Below, one piece after another: positions 1 to 8,279 of a DNA stretch of 38,490 bases. A model generated the notes under the pieces. That model searched no databases and had not been told where the DNA came from. It saw only the letters and a program-made list of their open reading frames with translations. Made by a program: the position numbers and the translations under genes. The first letter of the stretch is position 1. Every line of letters begins with the position of its first letter. This stretch comes from a virus (Duplodnaviria; Caudoviricetes): positions 1 through 38,490 of the IMG/VR virus record IMGVR_UViG_3300032334_000080, one strand, 5' to 3'.

Positions 1-621
1 AAGCACATCTCTGATGCTGAAGACCTTGCCTATCGCAGATTGCTTGATCTTTACTACATGAGTGAGAAACCTATCTCCCTTGATGTGAAGATGGTTGCAC
101 GAAAGATTGGTATGGAAATTGAGGAAACCGAATCGGTTTTGGTGGAGTTCTTTGAATTGCATGATGATGGTTATCACAACAATCGTGCTGATGTTGAAAT
201 AGCCAAATATCAATCCCAAGTTGCTACAAATCGTGAGATTGGCAAGAGGGGCGGAAGACCTAAGAGCCTTATAAACAAAGGCTTGCAGACCATCAAAACC
301 GAATCGGTAACCGAATCGGATACGAATACGAACCCTAAGAAGATACAGATACAGAAGAAGAATAACAATATATCGTCGAAATTCGACGAGTTTTGGCAAC
401 TATGGCCCTCATCAAAACGCAAAGTAGCAAAGTCAACTTGTGAGACCAAGTGGATCAAACACAAGTTGGATGAGGTTGCAGACAGAATCTTTTCCCATGT
501 CTCTACATTGAAGACCTCAGAGCAATGGACTACAGGGTTTGAACCCGCACCTCTGACCTACATCAACCAAAAGAGGTGGGAGGATGATGTGGAGTCAGCC
601 CCAATGAGGAGAGGCATATGA
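1..621 (+). CDS. Phage replication initiator, YdaU/DUF1376-like (lambda O analogue), 5'-truncated
   Basis: Frame is open from position 1 (KHISDAEDLAYRRLLDLYY, typical of YdaU). Central 'GKRGGRPK' linker and C-terminal 'FDEFWQLWP..RKVAK...P.TYINQKRWED' match phage initiators. It lies upstream of a helicase. Confidence 0.8.
   Translation, partial: KHISDAEDLAYRRLLDLYYMSEKPISLDVKMVARKIGMEIEETESVLVEFFELHDDGYHNNRADVEIAKYQSQVATNREIGKRGGRPKSLINKGLQTIKTESVTESDTNTNPKKIQIQKKNNNISSKFDEFWQLWPSSKRKVAKSTCETKWIKHKLDEVADRIFSHVSTLKTSEQWTTGFEPAPLTYINQKRWEDDVESAPMRRGI
126..389. repeat. Probable replication origin inside the initiator gene (iterons, A-rich tract, inverted repeat)
   Basis: AACCGAATCGG at 126, 297 and 309 (the last two are tandem 12-mers); TACGAA x2 at 321-332; A-rich tract at about 335-370; perfect inverted repeat TCGTCGAA-A-TTCGACGA at 373-389. 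Confidence 0.7.
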
Positions 622-1049
622 CTCCTCTTGAGAACTTGCTCTCTAGGTTGCAAAAGGTCAAGGGTAAGAATGGCTCATGGACTGCTTGTTGCCCATCCCA
701 TGAGGACAAGTCCCCATCCCTAGCAGTAAGGGAGGGTGAGGATGGTCGTGTATTGATTCATTGTTTTGGTGGATGCTCAACTGCTGATGTGCTTGGCTCT
801 ATGGGTTTGGACATGACTGACTTGTTTCCACCTAAAAGGGAATGGGTTGGTGAAACTCAAGGTACAAAGCCAATGAAGCCCGCATTTTATGCAAGTGACT
901 TGCTAAGAATCATTTCCTTTGAGTGCTTAGTTGTGTCAATCTGTGCTTATGACATGAGTCAAGGCAAGAAGATTGCAGAGGGTGACAGAGAGCGGCTCAA
1001 GGTTGCTCAACAACGAATTGAAGAGGTGATGCGTTATGCAAACATCTAA
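618..1049 (+). CDS. Stand-alone primase-type (CHC2-like) zinc-binding protein
   Basis: 'ACCPSHEDKSPSL...LIHCFGGC' motif; no TOPRIM domain follows. Confidence 0.7.
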   Translation: MTPLENLLSRLQKVKGKNGSWTACCPSHEDKSPSLAVREGEDGRVLIHCFGGCSTADVLGSMGLDMTDLFPPKREWVGETQGTKPMKPAFYASDLLRIISFECLVVSICAYDMSQGKKIAEGDRERLKVAQQRIEEVMRYANI

Positions 1050-2040
1050 TGTGGCTCAGAGGGCTAAAGAGTTGGATGACATGAGAAAGGTCAGACTGCT
1101 CAAGCCTAATGAGATTGACTTTGACAAATACCTCAAGGCTAATGATGTGGCTCAAAAGGTACGAGAGGCTCAAGTATGGCTTGATGAGTTGAAAGAGGAA
1201 ATCCATCACCCTGTGCATGAGAAGTTCACCACCATGCCATGGTCAAAGACCCATTCAACCTTTCAGTTTAGACAGGGTGAAGTCACCCTTTATGCGGGAT
1301 CAAATGGTGGGGGTAAGTCCCTCATCACAGGGCAGATTGCCATGGGTTTGATCAAGCAAAAGCAGAAGATTTGCATTGCCTCTTTTGAGATGAAACCCAA
1401 GAGGACTATGTATCGGATGCTCCGACAGTTCGCCGGTGAGAACATTGATGCCCCAAGATTTACAGGTAAGGACAAATACCTTGAGCAGTTGCTCTCAAGG
1501 CTTGGCTCTTTTGTGTCTGACAAGTTGTGGCTCTATGACCAACAGGGAACTGTTACCTCTCAGCAAGTTATTGCAGTTGCAAGGTACTGTGCCATGGAGT
1601 TGGGAGTGCAGCACTTCTTTGTGGATTCATTGATGAAGTGTGTGCCGGGCGAGGATGACTACAACGCTCAGAAATACTTTGTGGATGAGTTGACTGCCTT
1701 GGCTCGTGACCACAACATTCACATACATTTGATCCATCACATCCGAAAGTTGGCTAGTGAAGAAATCATGCCCAACAAAAATGATATCAAGGGGTCAGGT
1801 GCTATATCCGACCAAGTAGACAACGTGCTGATGGTGTGGAGAAACAAGAAGAAAGAACACGATATGCACCTCAAGGGAACTGCTGACAAGTTCACCCCTG
1901 ATGCCATGCTGATGTGCCACAAACAAAGGAATGGTGAGGCAGAGGAATGGTACAACCTTTGGTACAACAAAGAGAGTCAGCAGTTTATTGATGCATACGA
2001 TTCTGTACCAATGGCTTTTGATGATAAGGGGGAATTTTGA
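1036..2040 (+). CDS. DnaB-like (SF4) replicative helicase
   Basis: Walker A GSNGGGKS, 'ASFEM', 'FFVDSL', 'HLIHHIRK', 'DIKGSGAISDQVD' and 'KQRNGE' motifs. Confidence 0.88.
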   Translation: MQTSNVAQRAKELDDMRKVRLLKPNEIDFDKYLKANDVAQKVREAQVWLDELKEEIHHPVHEKFTTMPWSKTHSTFQFRQGEVTLYAGSNGGGKSLITGQIAMGLIKQKQKICIASFEMKPKRTMYRMLRQFAGENIDAPRFTGKDKYLEQLLSRLGSFVSDKLWLYDQQGTVTSQQVIAVARYCAMELGVQHFFVDSLMKCVPGEDDYNAQKYFVDELTALARDHNIHIHLIHHIRKLASEEIMPNKNDIKGSGAISDQVDNVLMVWRNKKKEHDMHLKGTADKFTPDAMLMCHKQRNGEAEEWYNLWYNKESQQFIDAYDSVPMAFDDKGEF

Positions 2041-2300
2041 GTGACTTATTCTCAGCAACAAGAGATTGGCATGAGGGAGAGGGAGATGATGAACACCGCC
2101 ATCGTTGTCTCGTTCGGGGAATCATCAAGATGCGGATACAAGATCGTCAAAAGGCACACGTGTGGCTCAACGGTGGAGTTGATGGAACTGGTAAGCGTGT
2201 CAAAGGATGGAATGAATTACATCCCGGATCAATTTTGGAAAGAGATATTCGGAATCAATGGGCTAAAGGCAACCGTGGAGAGGATGGTGATTGGAAATGA
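2037..2300 (+). CDS. Hypothetical protein
   Basis: TTG start overlaps the helicase stop; the stop overlaps the next ATG. Confidence 0.6.
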   Translation: MSDLFSATRDWHEGEGDDEHRHRCLVRGIIKMRIQDRQKAHVWLNGGVDGTGKRVKGWNELHPGSILERDIRNQWAKGNRGEDGDWK

Positions 2301-2452
2301 TTGAGGCTTTTAAAGATGTGCTTGCTCGTCATGTACAAGAAAGAAAGGATGGTCGTCGCATTACTGAGCAAGACTTGAGTGACATAGCCCGCCAGATCAA
2401 GGAATTGATTGAGCGAGACGAGAAACGAACTAATAAGGAACAAAATGACTAA
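2297..2452 (+). CDS. Small hypothetical protein (51 aa, MIEAFKDV...; not in the ORF track)
   Basis: ATGA overlap with the upstream stop; fills the gap to the next gene. Confidence 0.55.
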   Translation: MIEAFKDVLARHVQERKDGRRITEQDLSDIARQIKELIERDEKRTNKEQND

Positions 2453-2714
2453 GGTAGATTTATCAGACTTTCAAAAGAAGTTCTTGCTTGGACAGGGTGC
2501 AGGTCAGACCTTGTACACCGAGAAAGAATTTAGCGAGGCACTGGCTCAGGCCAAGGCAGAGATCATGGCAGTTGCCATACAGACCACTAAGCAAGCCATC
2601 TTCATTGAGCGACAGGCTTGTGCTGAGATGGCACGTGATTGGAACTCAAACGACTGTCCTAGAGAAGGTCTTTATGAGGCAATTCTTAACCGCATACCTA
2701 CACAGAGGCAGTAA
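2445..2714 (+). CDS. Hypothetical protein
   Basis: ATG at 2445 preceded by TAAGGA; contains 'ERQACAEMA', a motif common in phage accessory proteins. Confidence 0.65.
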   Translation: MTKVDLSDFQKKFLLGQGAGQTLYTEKEFSEALAQAKAEIMAVAIQTTKQAIFIERQACAEMARDWNSNDCPREGLYEAILNRIPTQRQ

Positions 2715-2953
2715 TGAAACAAGTTATCAGACACAAGCGAATCCTTGAGCAAATTACACAAATTGATTTGGTGGAAAACTTTGGTCAAGTAGTTGAGGTT
2801 TCTTACCCAACAAGTGATGAGTTTCCTCCCATGCAAGGTCGTCTATTTACATTTTCTCCTGCACAGTTTGAGCAAATGTTAAATCAAGTAGTGGAGTTCA
2901 CTTATCACGAGACTTTTAATCTCATAAAGCGTCAGGTAAATAGAGATGATTGA
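2714..2953 (+). CDS. Hypothetical protein
   Basis: TAATG-coupled ORF in a tightly packed operon. Confidence 0.6.
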   Translation: MKQVIRHKRILEQITQIDLVENFGQVVEVSYPTSDEFPPMQGRLFTFSPAQFEQMLNQVVEFTYHETFNLIKRQVNRDD

Positions 2954-3293
2954 ACTCACGCTACCTTGGCCTCCAACAGTCAACACCTATTGGCGCAACT
3001 TCAATGGTCGGGTTCTCATCAGTGCCAAGGGGCGCGAGTACCGCAAGGCAGTTGCAGATCAGGTATTGATTCAGAGAGGGGCAAAGCATTTGGACTATGC
3101 CTTGCAAGTAACCATTGCAGCATACCGACCTGACCGCAGACGCCGTGATCTTGACAACTTGCTCAAGGCAATCCTCGACTCACTCGTTCATGCGGGTGTT
3201 ATGGAGGATGACTGCTTAATTGTTGACCTTCGCATCTATTGGGAAGACGATGTAGGTGGGATGGTCAAGGTAACTATTGAGGGGGCTGAATGA
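2946..3293 (+). CDS. rusA: RusA Holliday junction resolvase
   Basis: 'LPWPPTVNTYWR', 'PDRRRRDLDNLLKAILDSL' and 'EDD' motifs. Confidence 0.93.
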   Translation: MIELTLPWPPTVNTYWRNFNGRVLISAKGREYRKAVADQVLIQRGAKHLDYALQVTIAAYRPDRRRRDLDNLLKAILDSLVHAGVMEDDCLIVDLRIYWEDDVGGMVKVTIEGAE

Positions 3294-3448
3294 CAGAAGA
3301 GCCACAACTAATCGATGTCTTTGCAATGTTTGCATTGATAGCGGTAATCCACTCCTTTAGGGGGGAGGACACAGAGTCGGCAGCATTGACTGCTTATGAA
3401 TATGCGAATGAAATGATGAAAGCGAGAGAAAAATATGTCAGCGACTGA
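3290..3448 (+). CDS. Small hypothetical protein (52 aa; not in the ORF track)
   Basis: ATGA overlap with rusA; 'IDVFAMFA...AYEYANEMMKAR' matches a common small phage protein pattern. Confidence 0.6.
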   Translation: MTEEPQLIDVFAMFALIAVIHSFRGEDTESAALTAYEYANEMMKAREKYVSD

Positions 3449-3986
3449 ACAGATGGATTTCTTTGGGGAGGAGAGAGATTTCCTCGCAGAGTTGAGACGC
3501 AACTGGACTAAAACCATAGAGGGAGATGGTGGTCATTGCCCATGTTGCGATAAGTGGGGGAAGATCAATAACTACAACCTCAATGAGACTATGGCGGCAA
3601 CTCTGAAGTGGATGACTGTGGCATCTACTGACCATGCGGGGTACATAGACATGGGGGCGCGGGCGCCGAGGTGGGCAGTTCGTGGCAAGAACTATGCGAC
3701 CATGAAGTTTTGGGGGTTTGTGGAGCCTGCACCCAAAGCCAGGCCCCAAGATAAAAAAGTCACAGGGATAGTCACTAAGACAAGTGGGCTATGGCGTGTG
3801 ACTGAGAAAGGCAGAGCCTTTATTTTTGGGGACTTGTGTGTACCCATCAAGGCTTTTGTGTATGACGACAGATTCTTTGGATGGGGTGACAAGATGACCA
3901 CATTCAAGCAGTGCTTTGGTCGCAAATTCAACTATGAAGATGTGATGGCTACTAATTTCAACTGGTTTACTTTAAGGAGAGATTGA
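3435..3986 (+). CDS. Hypothetical protein with a Cys cluster, possibly nucleic-acid binding
   Basis: 'HCPCC' and a winged-helix-like 'GLWRVTEKG' segment. Confidence 0.6.
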   Translation: MSATEQMDFFGEERDFLAELRRNWTKTIEGDGGHCPCCDKWGKINNYNLNETMAATLKWMTVASTDHAGYIDMGARAPRWAVRGKNYATMKFWGFVEPAPKARPQDKKVTGIVTKTSGLWRVTEKGRAFIFGDLCVPIKAFVYDDRFFGWGDKMTTFKQCFGRKFNYEDVMATNFNWFTLRRD

Positions 3987-4105
3987 TGGATGCTTTTCTA
4001 AATATTTTGGTTTTGTTCTTTGCTATGTCTGGCTTGGTTGGGTGGTTATTTGCCTTGGCTTGCATGGTGTTTTATTGGCTATGTCGTAGACCTTTCAAGG
4101 AGTAA
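3986..4105 (+). CDS. Small membrane protein (39 aa; not in the ORF track)
   Basis: TAAGGAG SD, TGATG coupling, hydrophobic sequence MDAFLNILVLFFAMSGLVGWLFALACMVFYWL. Confidence 0.55.
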   Translation: MDAFLNILVLFFAMSGLVGWLFALACMVFYWLCRRPFKE

Positions 4106-4107
4106 TC

Positions 4108-4437
4108 ATGGAAAACAGAAACCCACATGATGCAGTTGATTACATCTTGCTTAATGGCAAGAAGTTCGCCAAGGCGAAAGCAGAGAGGTGCTACCTTGAG
4201 GAGTATCGCAAGTCCCTCAAGGCAATATTGATGAAGCGGTCAATGGAGACCACCATTGGCGCACAGGAACGCGAGGCTTATGCCCATGAGGAGTATGTGC
4301 AGTTGCTCAAGGGTCTTAAAGAGGCTATTGAGATTGAGGAGAAACTTCGTTGGGACTTGATAGGTGCGCAGGCTCGTGTAGAGATTTGGAGAACTGAGCA
4401 AGCCAACAACCGAGCAGAGGGAAAGGCAACACTATGA
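4108..4437 (+). CDS. Conserved helical phage protein of unknown function
   Basis: AAGGAG SD; all-helical charged sequence ending '..EIWRTEQANNRAE'. Confidence 0.7.
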   Translation: MENRNPHDAVDYILLNGKKFAKAKAERCYLEEYRKSLKAILMKRSMETTIGAQEREAYAHEEYVQLLKGLKEAIEIEEKLRWDLIGAQARVEIWRTEQANNRAEGKATL

Positions 4438-4511
4438 ATGCATTTCAATGGGGAGTTGTGCTTGGGTTGGTTTTATTCGCAGCCATCTTTTATGTGGTGG
4501 AGTTCTTATGA
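4434..4511 (+). CDS. Micro membrane peptide (25 aa; not in the ORF track)
   Basis: ATGA overlaps at both ends; MNAFQWGVVLGLVLFAAIFYVVEFL forms a single TM helix. Confidence 0.45.
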   Translation: MNAFQWGVVLGLVLFAAIFYVVEFL

Positions 4512-4849
4512 CCAAAGAAGAAGAAACTGAAATTGAATTGGAGCGCATGAAACAGGCTAGAGATGCTCTCTTGATTACAAATGCAAGACTTCATGGAGAG
4601 ATTGATCGTCTAAAAAAAACACCAGAGGATGAAGAGTTTGAACGCATTGAGCGAGAGGCTCAAGGCTGGCGCAAAAGGCAAATAGCAAATGCAAAGGATG
4701 GCAAGAAGCCTTATGAAGTTGCCAAAGTCCCCAATGGTTTTTGGATTTCACCAAGACCCGGGTTTAAAGGATGGCTTGATAGTCAAGCAAATCAAGATGA
4801 ACTGCACAAGCACCTTGATGAATTTATTTGGAGAGTGCAAGACGAATGA
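4508..4849 (+). CDS. Hypothetical coiled-coil protein
   Basis: ATG at 4508 is coupled to the upstream stop; its TGA overlaps the methyltransferase ATG. Confidence 0.6.
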   Translation: MTKEEETEIELERMKQARDALLITNARLHGEIDRLKKTPEDEEFERIEREAQGWRKRQIANAKDGKKPYEVAKVPNGFWISPRPGFKGWLDSQANQDELHKHLDEFIWRVQDE

Positions 4850-6876
4850 ACTATTTATCTGTTTGTTCAGGCATAGAGGCAGCAACCTGTGCTTGGCATG
4901 ACCTAGGTTGGAATCCTGTTGGGTTCTCAGAGATTGAGAAATTCCCATCAGAAGTTTTGAAACACCATTACCCCCATGTACCTAACTTGGGAGATATGAC
5001 TAAATTTAAGGAGTGGAATCTTGGAACAAATGTCGATGTTTTCGTCGGAGGAACACCTTGCCAGTCGTTCAGTGTCGCCGGACTTAGAAAAGGATTGGAT
5101 GACCCGCGTGGGAACCTCATGCTCACCTATCTTGCAATTGCTGACCGATTTCGCCCCAAGTGGTTGGTTTGGGAGAACGTCCCCGGAGTCTTGTCATCTA
5201 ACAACGGAGAAGATTTTGGCACCTTCCTTGGAGGGTTGGGGGAACTCGGGTATGGGTTCGCATACAGAGTTCTTGACGCTCAATACTTCGGAGTGGCCCA
5301 AAGAAGGCGTCGCGTGTTCGTTATTGGACACCTTGGAGACTGGCGACCTGCCGCGGCGGTACTTTTTGAGCGCGACAGCCTGCAGAGGAATCCTCCGCCG
5401 AGCCGAAAAGCGAGAGAAAGAACTGCCGCCTTCTTTGAAAGCAGCCTTGCTCAATACCGCGCAGCAGACGTCGGAGGAACTCTCAAAGCAAGCGGAGGAG
5501 TCCTTGGAGGAGGAAGCGAAACTTTCCTCGCCCAACGAGTTGATGGATCAGGAGATGGACGAGGAGTGACTGGGCCATTGTTGGCTAGGGACTTCAAGGG
5601 TATCGACAGTTATGACCACACTAAGGTCATCCCCGTGGTCTATGAGAATCACCCTGCGGACAGTCGTGTGGAAGAGATGGGTGATGTCTGCTCAACTGTG
5701 ACATCGAGATGGGGTACAGGGGGTGGCAATGTACCCTTGGCTACTGCCGCCTACTCCATCCGTGAGGATGCCCAAGCCAACACCTTTAGTGCAACTGAGT
5801 TGGAGGTAGCGGTTGCCCTCAAGGCTTTGCAACCAAGTGTGCAGTCTCACCATGCTCAAACCTTTGTGGCTCAACCCATAGGGGTCTTGGGTAGTGAGCA
5901 TCCCAATGCCGCAGTTGCAGAGGATTTAAGCCCAACTCTGACTAGTGCCATGGGTACTGGTGGGGGTCATGTGCCTGTCTTGGACTGTTACCCCATCAGC
6001 ACACAAAATGCCTTGGGGCGCGTCAATGGGCGCGATGATTGGCCCCTAGGGCTGTTCAATGAGGGTGAGCCTGCACCTACCCTCACCAAGGCTCATGGTC
6101 ATGCCGTAGCACTATCCCCTAAGGCATACAACTTTGCACCGGGCAAGGGGGAGTTAAAGGATGACATCCATGTCACCCAAGCAGATACCACTAAAACTTT
6201 AGATGCATCAGGCAGCAACCCCGCCATGCATCAAGGGGGTGTTGGGGTTATTCATCCTAAGGCTTTCTCTTTTGATAGTGCTGAGAGCAACTCCATGAAG
6301 TCAAGCAACCCTGATAGTGGTTGCCGTGAGGTTGACCTTTCTAAGACCTTGGACACTACTCAGCCCAACCCCGCCAAAGGACAGGGCGGCATTGGCATCT
6401 TGCAACCAGTTGCCTTTAGTGCCATCGATGATGGGAGGGATGCAACTGAGGGTCTATCCCCAACTCTAAGGGTAGGGGGCAATTCTGGGGGCATGATGGG
6501 GGTCGCATTTGACACCTACAACCAAACCCTATCGGATGTGAATCAGACCATCAAAAGCCCCGTAGGAGGGGCTAATGAGTCCATAGGGACTGTTTTGTCA
6601 CCCACCTTGACTACCAACAACCCCTCAAGGTCTCCTCAAGCCTCAGAGGTCACTCAGCAAGTCAATGCCGTGTATCAAGCCTCTATGGCGGTCAGAAGAC
6701 TCACGCCAGTGGAATGTGAACGTCTTCAGGGCTTTCCTGATGGTTACACCAACATCAAGACCAACTGCCCTGATGGCCCAAGATACAAAGCCCTTGGCAA
6801 CTCTATGGCGGTGCCTGTAATGAAGTGGATTGGTCAGAGGATTGCTGACTATGAAAAGAATGTGGAGGGCAAGTGA
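4846..6876 (+). CDS. DNA (cytosine-5)-methyltransferase with a greatly expanded variable region
   Basis: Motif I SVCSGIEA, IV GGTPCQSFS, VI ENVPG, VIII QRRRRVF, IX RRLTPVECERLQGFP and X KALGNSMAVPV. About 450 aa separate VIII and IX. Confidence 0.93.
   Translation: MNYLSVCSGIEAATCAWHDLGWNPVGFSEIEKFPSEVLKHHYPHVPNLGDMTKFKEWNLGTNVDVFVGGTPCQSFSVAGLRKGLDDPRGNLMLTYLAIADRFRPKWLVWENVPGVLSSNNGEDFGTFLGGLGELGYGFAYRVLDAQYFGVAQRRRRVFVIGHLGDWRPAAAVLFERDSLQRNPPPSRKARERTAAFFESSLAQYRAADVGGTLKASGGVLGGGSETFLAQRVDGSGDGRGVTGPLLARDFKGIDSYDHTKVIPVVYENHPADSRVEEMGDVCSTVTSRWGTGGGNVPLATAAYSIREDAQANTFSATELEVAVALKALQPSVQSHHAQTFVAQPIGVLGSEHPNAAVAEDLSPTLTSAMGTGGGHVPVLDCYPISTQNALGRVNGRDDWPLGLFNEGEPAPTLTKAHGHAVALSPKAYNFAPGKGELKDDIHVTQADTTKTLDASGSNPAMHQGGVGVIHPKAFSFDSAESNSMKSSNPDSGCREVDLSKTLDTTQPNPAKGQGGIGILQPVAFSAIDDGRDATEGLSPTLRVGGNSGGMMGVAFDTYNQTLSDVNQTIKSPVGGANESIGTVLSPTLTTNNPSRSPQASEVTQQVNAVYQASMAVRRLTPVECERLQGFPDGYTNIKTNCPDGPRYKALGNSMAVPVMKWIGQRIADYEKNVEGK
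5021..5569 (+). CDS. Out-of-frame nested gene, putative methyltransferase second (beta) subunit, M.EcoHK31I-beta-like
   Basis: 182-codon +1-frame ORF with TAAGGAG (5007-5013) 7 nt before TTG. 'WGNSGM...EFLTLNTSEWP...CSLLDTLE...RYFLS' resembles the EcoHK31I beta polypeptide as I recall it. CpG density jumps exactly over this ORF. Confidence 0.75.
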   Translation: MEQMSMFSSEEHLASRSVSPDLEKDWMTRVGTSCSPILQLLTDFAPSGWFGRTSPESCHLTTEKILAPSLEGWGNSGMGSHTEFLTLNTSEWPKEGVACSLLDTLETGDLPRRYFLSATACRGILRRAEKREKELPPSLKAALLNTAQQTSEELSKQAEESLEEEAKLSSPNELMDQEMDEE

Positions 6877-7022
6877 TGGAGGAGAAAAAGAAAACTTGCC
6901 AAGTCTGCAGGCTTATACCTGCGGAGGTAAAGGGTAGAAACAGTAAGGGTGGCATCCAATGGAGATGTCAGACTTGCCATGACCTCAAGAACCGAATTGG
7001 ATTCACCAATAAAAAACAATGA
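6876..7022 (+). CDS. Small zinc-finger protein (48 aa; not in the ORF track)
   Basis: CQVC...WRCQTC; translationally coupled at both ends. Confidence 0.6.
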   Translation: MEEKKKTCQVCRLIPAEVKGRNSKGGIQWRCQTCHDLKNRIGFTNKKQ

Positions 7023-7288
7023 ACAACCAACTCACCAAGGTAGAGAGGGAGCATCTAGGCAGAGTCAAGGAACTACCTTGCTCTGTCTGTGATCAGCCAG
7101 GCCCCTCAGATGCTCACCACATAGAGCAAGGACTGCAATACACCTGTGTTGCCCTCTGTAAAGACTGCCATCAAGGGTCATTTAATGGGTGGCATGGGCA
7201 GAAAAGGATGTGGTCAATCAAGAAAATGGGGGAGTTGGATGCCCTAAATGTGACCTTGAAGAGGCTTTTTTCTAGGGGATTTCCCTAG
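7019..7288 (+). CDS. Ref/DUF968-like zinc-binding HNH-fold protein
   Basis: 'LPCSVC...DAHHI...VALCKDCHQG' motifs. Confidence 0.7.
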   Translation: MNNQLTKVEREHLGRVKELPCSVCDQPGPSDAHHIEQGLQYTCVALCKDCHQGSFNGWHGQKRMWSIKKMGELDALNVTLKRLFSRGFP

Positions 7289-7293
7289 GTTTT
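7272..7293 (+). terminator. Hairpin closing the replication/nin operon
   Basis: CTAGGG-GATTT-CCCTAG followed by GTTTT. Confidence 0.45.
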
Positions 7294-7335
7294 AGGGTTT
7301 TTTGCAATTATTTTCAACTTTTTTGCAAAAAGGGG

Positions 7336-7364
7336 TTGTAAATGGTTTAAGTTGGGCTTACACT
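7336..7364 (+). promoter_or_regulatory. Sigma70-like (early) promoter
   Basis: TTGTAA (7336-7341), 17-bp spacer, TACACT (7359-7364); A/T-tract palindrome TTTTTGCAAAAA immediately upstream. Confidence 0.65.
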
Positions 7365-7417
7365 TACCTCACCAACACAAAATCAGTTGGGTAACTTAAA
7401 CGAAAGCGAGTAAACAA

Positions 7418-7714
7418 ATGAATGCACCACTAAACATCTCAGCAGTATCAGTAGATACATTGGGTCAACTCTTGGCTCAAATTGCAGACCTCACCAAGCA
7501 AGCAGACATGATCAAGGATTCCATCAAAGACCAAGCATCTTTAGGAGGTGCAAAGGTTTATGAGGGTGCTTTGTTCAAGGCTACCTACATTGAGTCCAAT
7601 AGAAGTGTTGTTGATTACAAAACATTGTGTGCTGATCTTGGTATCACCTCTGAGCAACTTGCTCAATACACCAAAGCATCAGCAGTCTTCTCAGTCAAGG
7701 TCACATCTAAGTAA
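7418..7714 (+). CDS. Hypothetical early protein
   Basis: First ORF after the promoter; N-terminal coiled coil. Confidence 0.7.
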   Translation: MNAPLNISAVSVDTLGQLLAQIADLTKQADMIKDSIKDQASLGGAKVYEGALFKATYIESNRSVVDYKTLCADLGITSEQLAQYTKASAVFSVKVTSK

Positions 7715-7720
7715 ATCAAT

Positions 7721-7736
7721 TCCCCCTTAGGGGGGA
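7721..7736 (+). other. Intergenic stem-loop
   Basis: TCCCCC-TTAG-GGGGGA, no U-tract. Confidence 0.45.
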
Positions 7737-7765
7737 TCACTTCTAAACTCTTTAAGGAAACCAAA

Positions 7766-8266
7766 ATGAATTTCACAGTAAAAAACATCAAATCATTCAA
7801 TGGACATGAGGGCATTGGATATTCAGCAACTCTATACCTTGATGGCAAAAAGTTTGCAGAGGTATTGGATGATGCAAATGGGGGTGAGGTAGATGTCAAC
7901 TGCTTTGATTGGAAAGACCCAAACAAGGTCACCATCAACACCTACATTGATAAAGATGGTGTTCAGCACACATGGGATGTATCCCCTAACTATGCCCTCT
8001 TGCACAACTATGTGTTGACTCTGCCAAAGTGGAAAAGTTCATTCTCTGATGAGATGTATGACATGACTGTAGGTTTGTTTGTAGAGGAGTTGGTCAACAA
8101 GATTCTTGATGAGAAGAAGTTGGCTAAAGCAAAGAAGAAAGGTATTTGTTTCAAACTCAATACTGATGGCAAAAACACCTACAGAACCATCAACACACAT
8201 GACATGGAAGTAGCAGTAAATTATTTGAACAAGCAGTTTGGCATCAACACTTACCAATTCATTTAA
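7766..8266 (+). CDS. Hypothetical early protein
   Basis: TAAGGA SD; 166-aa ORF. Confidence 0.75.
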   Translation: MNFTVKNIKSFNGHEGIGYSATLYLDGKKFAEVLDDANGGEVDVNCFDWKDPNKVTINTYIDKDGVQHTWDVSPNYALLHNYVLTLPKWKSSFSDEMYDMTVGLFVEELVNKILDEKKLAKAKKKGICFKLNTDGKNTYRTINTHDMEVAVNYLNKQFGINTYQFI

Positions 8267-8279
8267 GGAGACCTCAATC

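Noticed and set aside
297-360. CRISPR-like array
   Set aside because: Short contiguous repeats without spacers inside a coding region; they fit iterons.
2041-2304. Alternative +1-frame 87-aa ORF
   Set aside because: The 2037-2300 frame is coupled to both neighbours; nothing independent supports this one.
5570-6690. Intein or intron as the explanation for the long MTase insert
   Set aside because: No intein termini (C/S...HN) or homing endonuclease motifs; the frame is open and internally repetitive.
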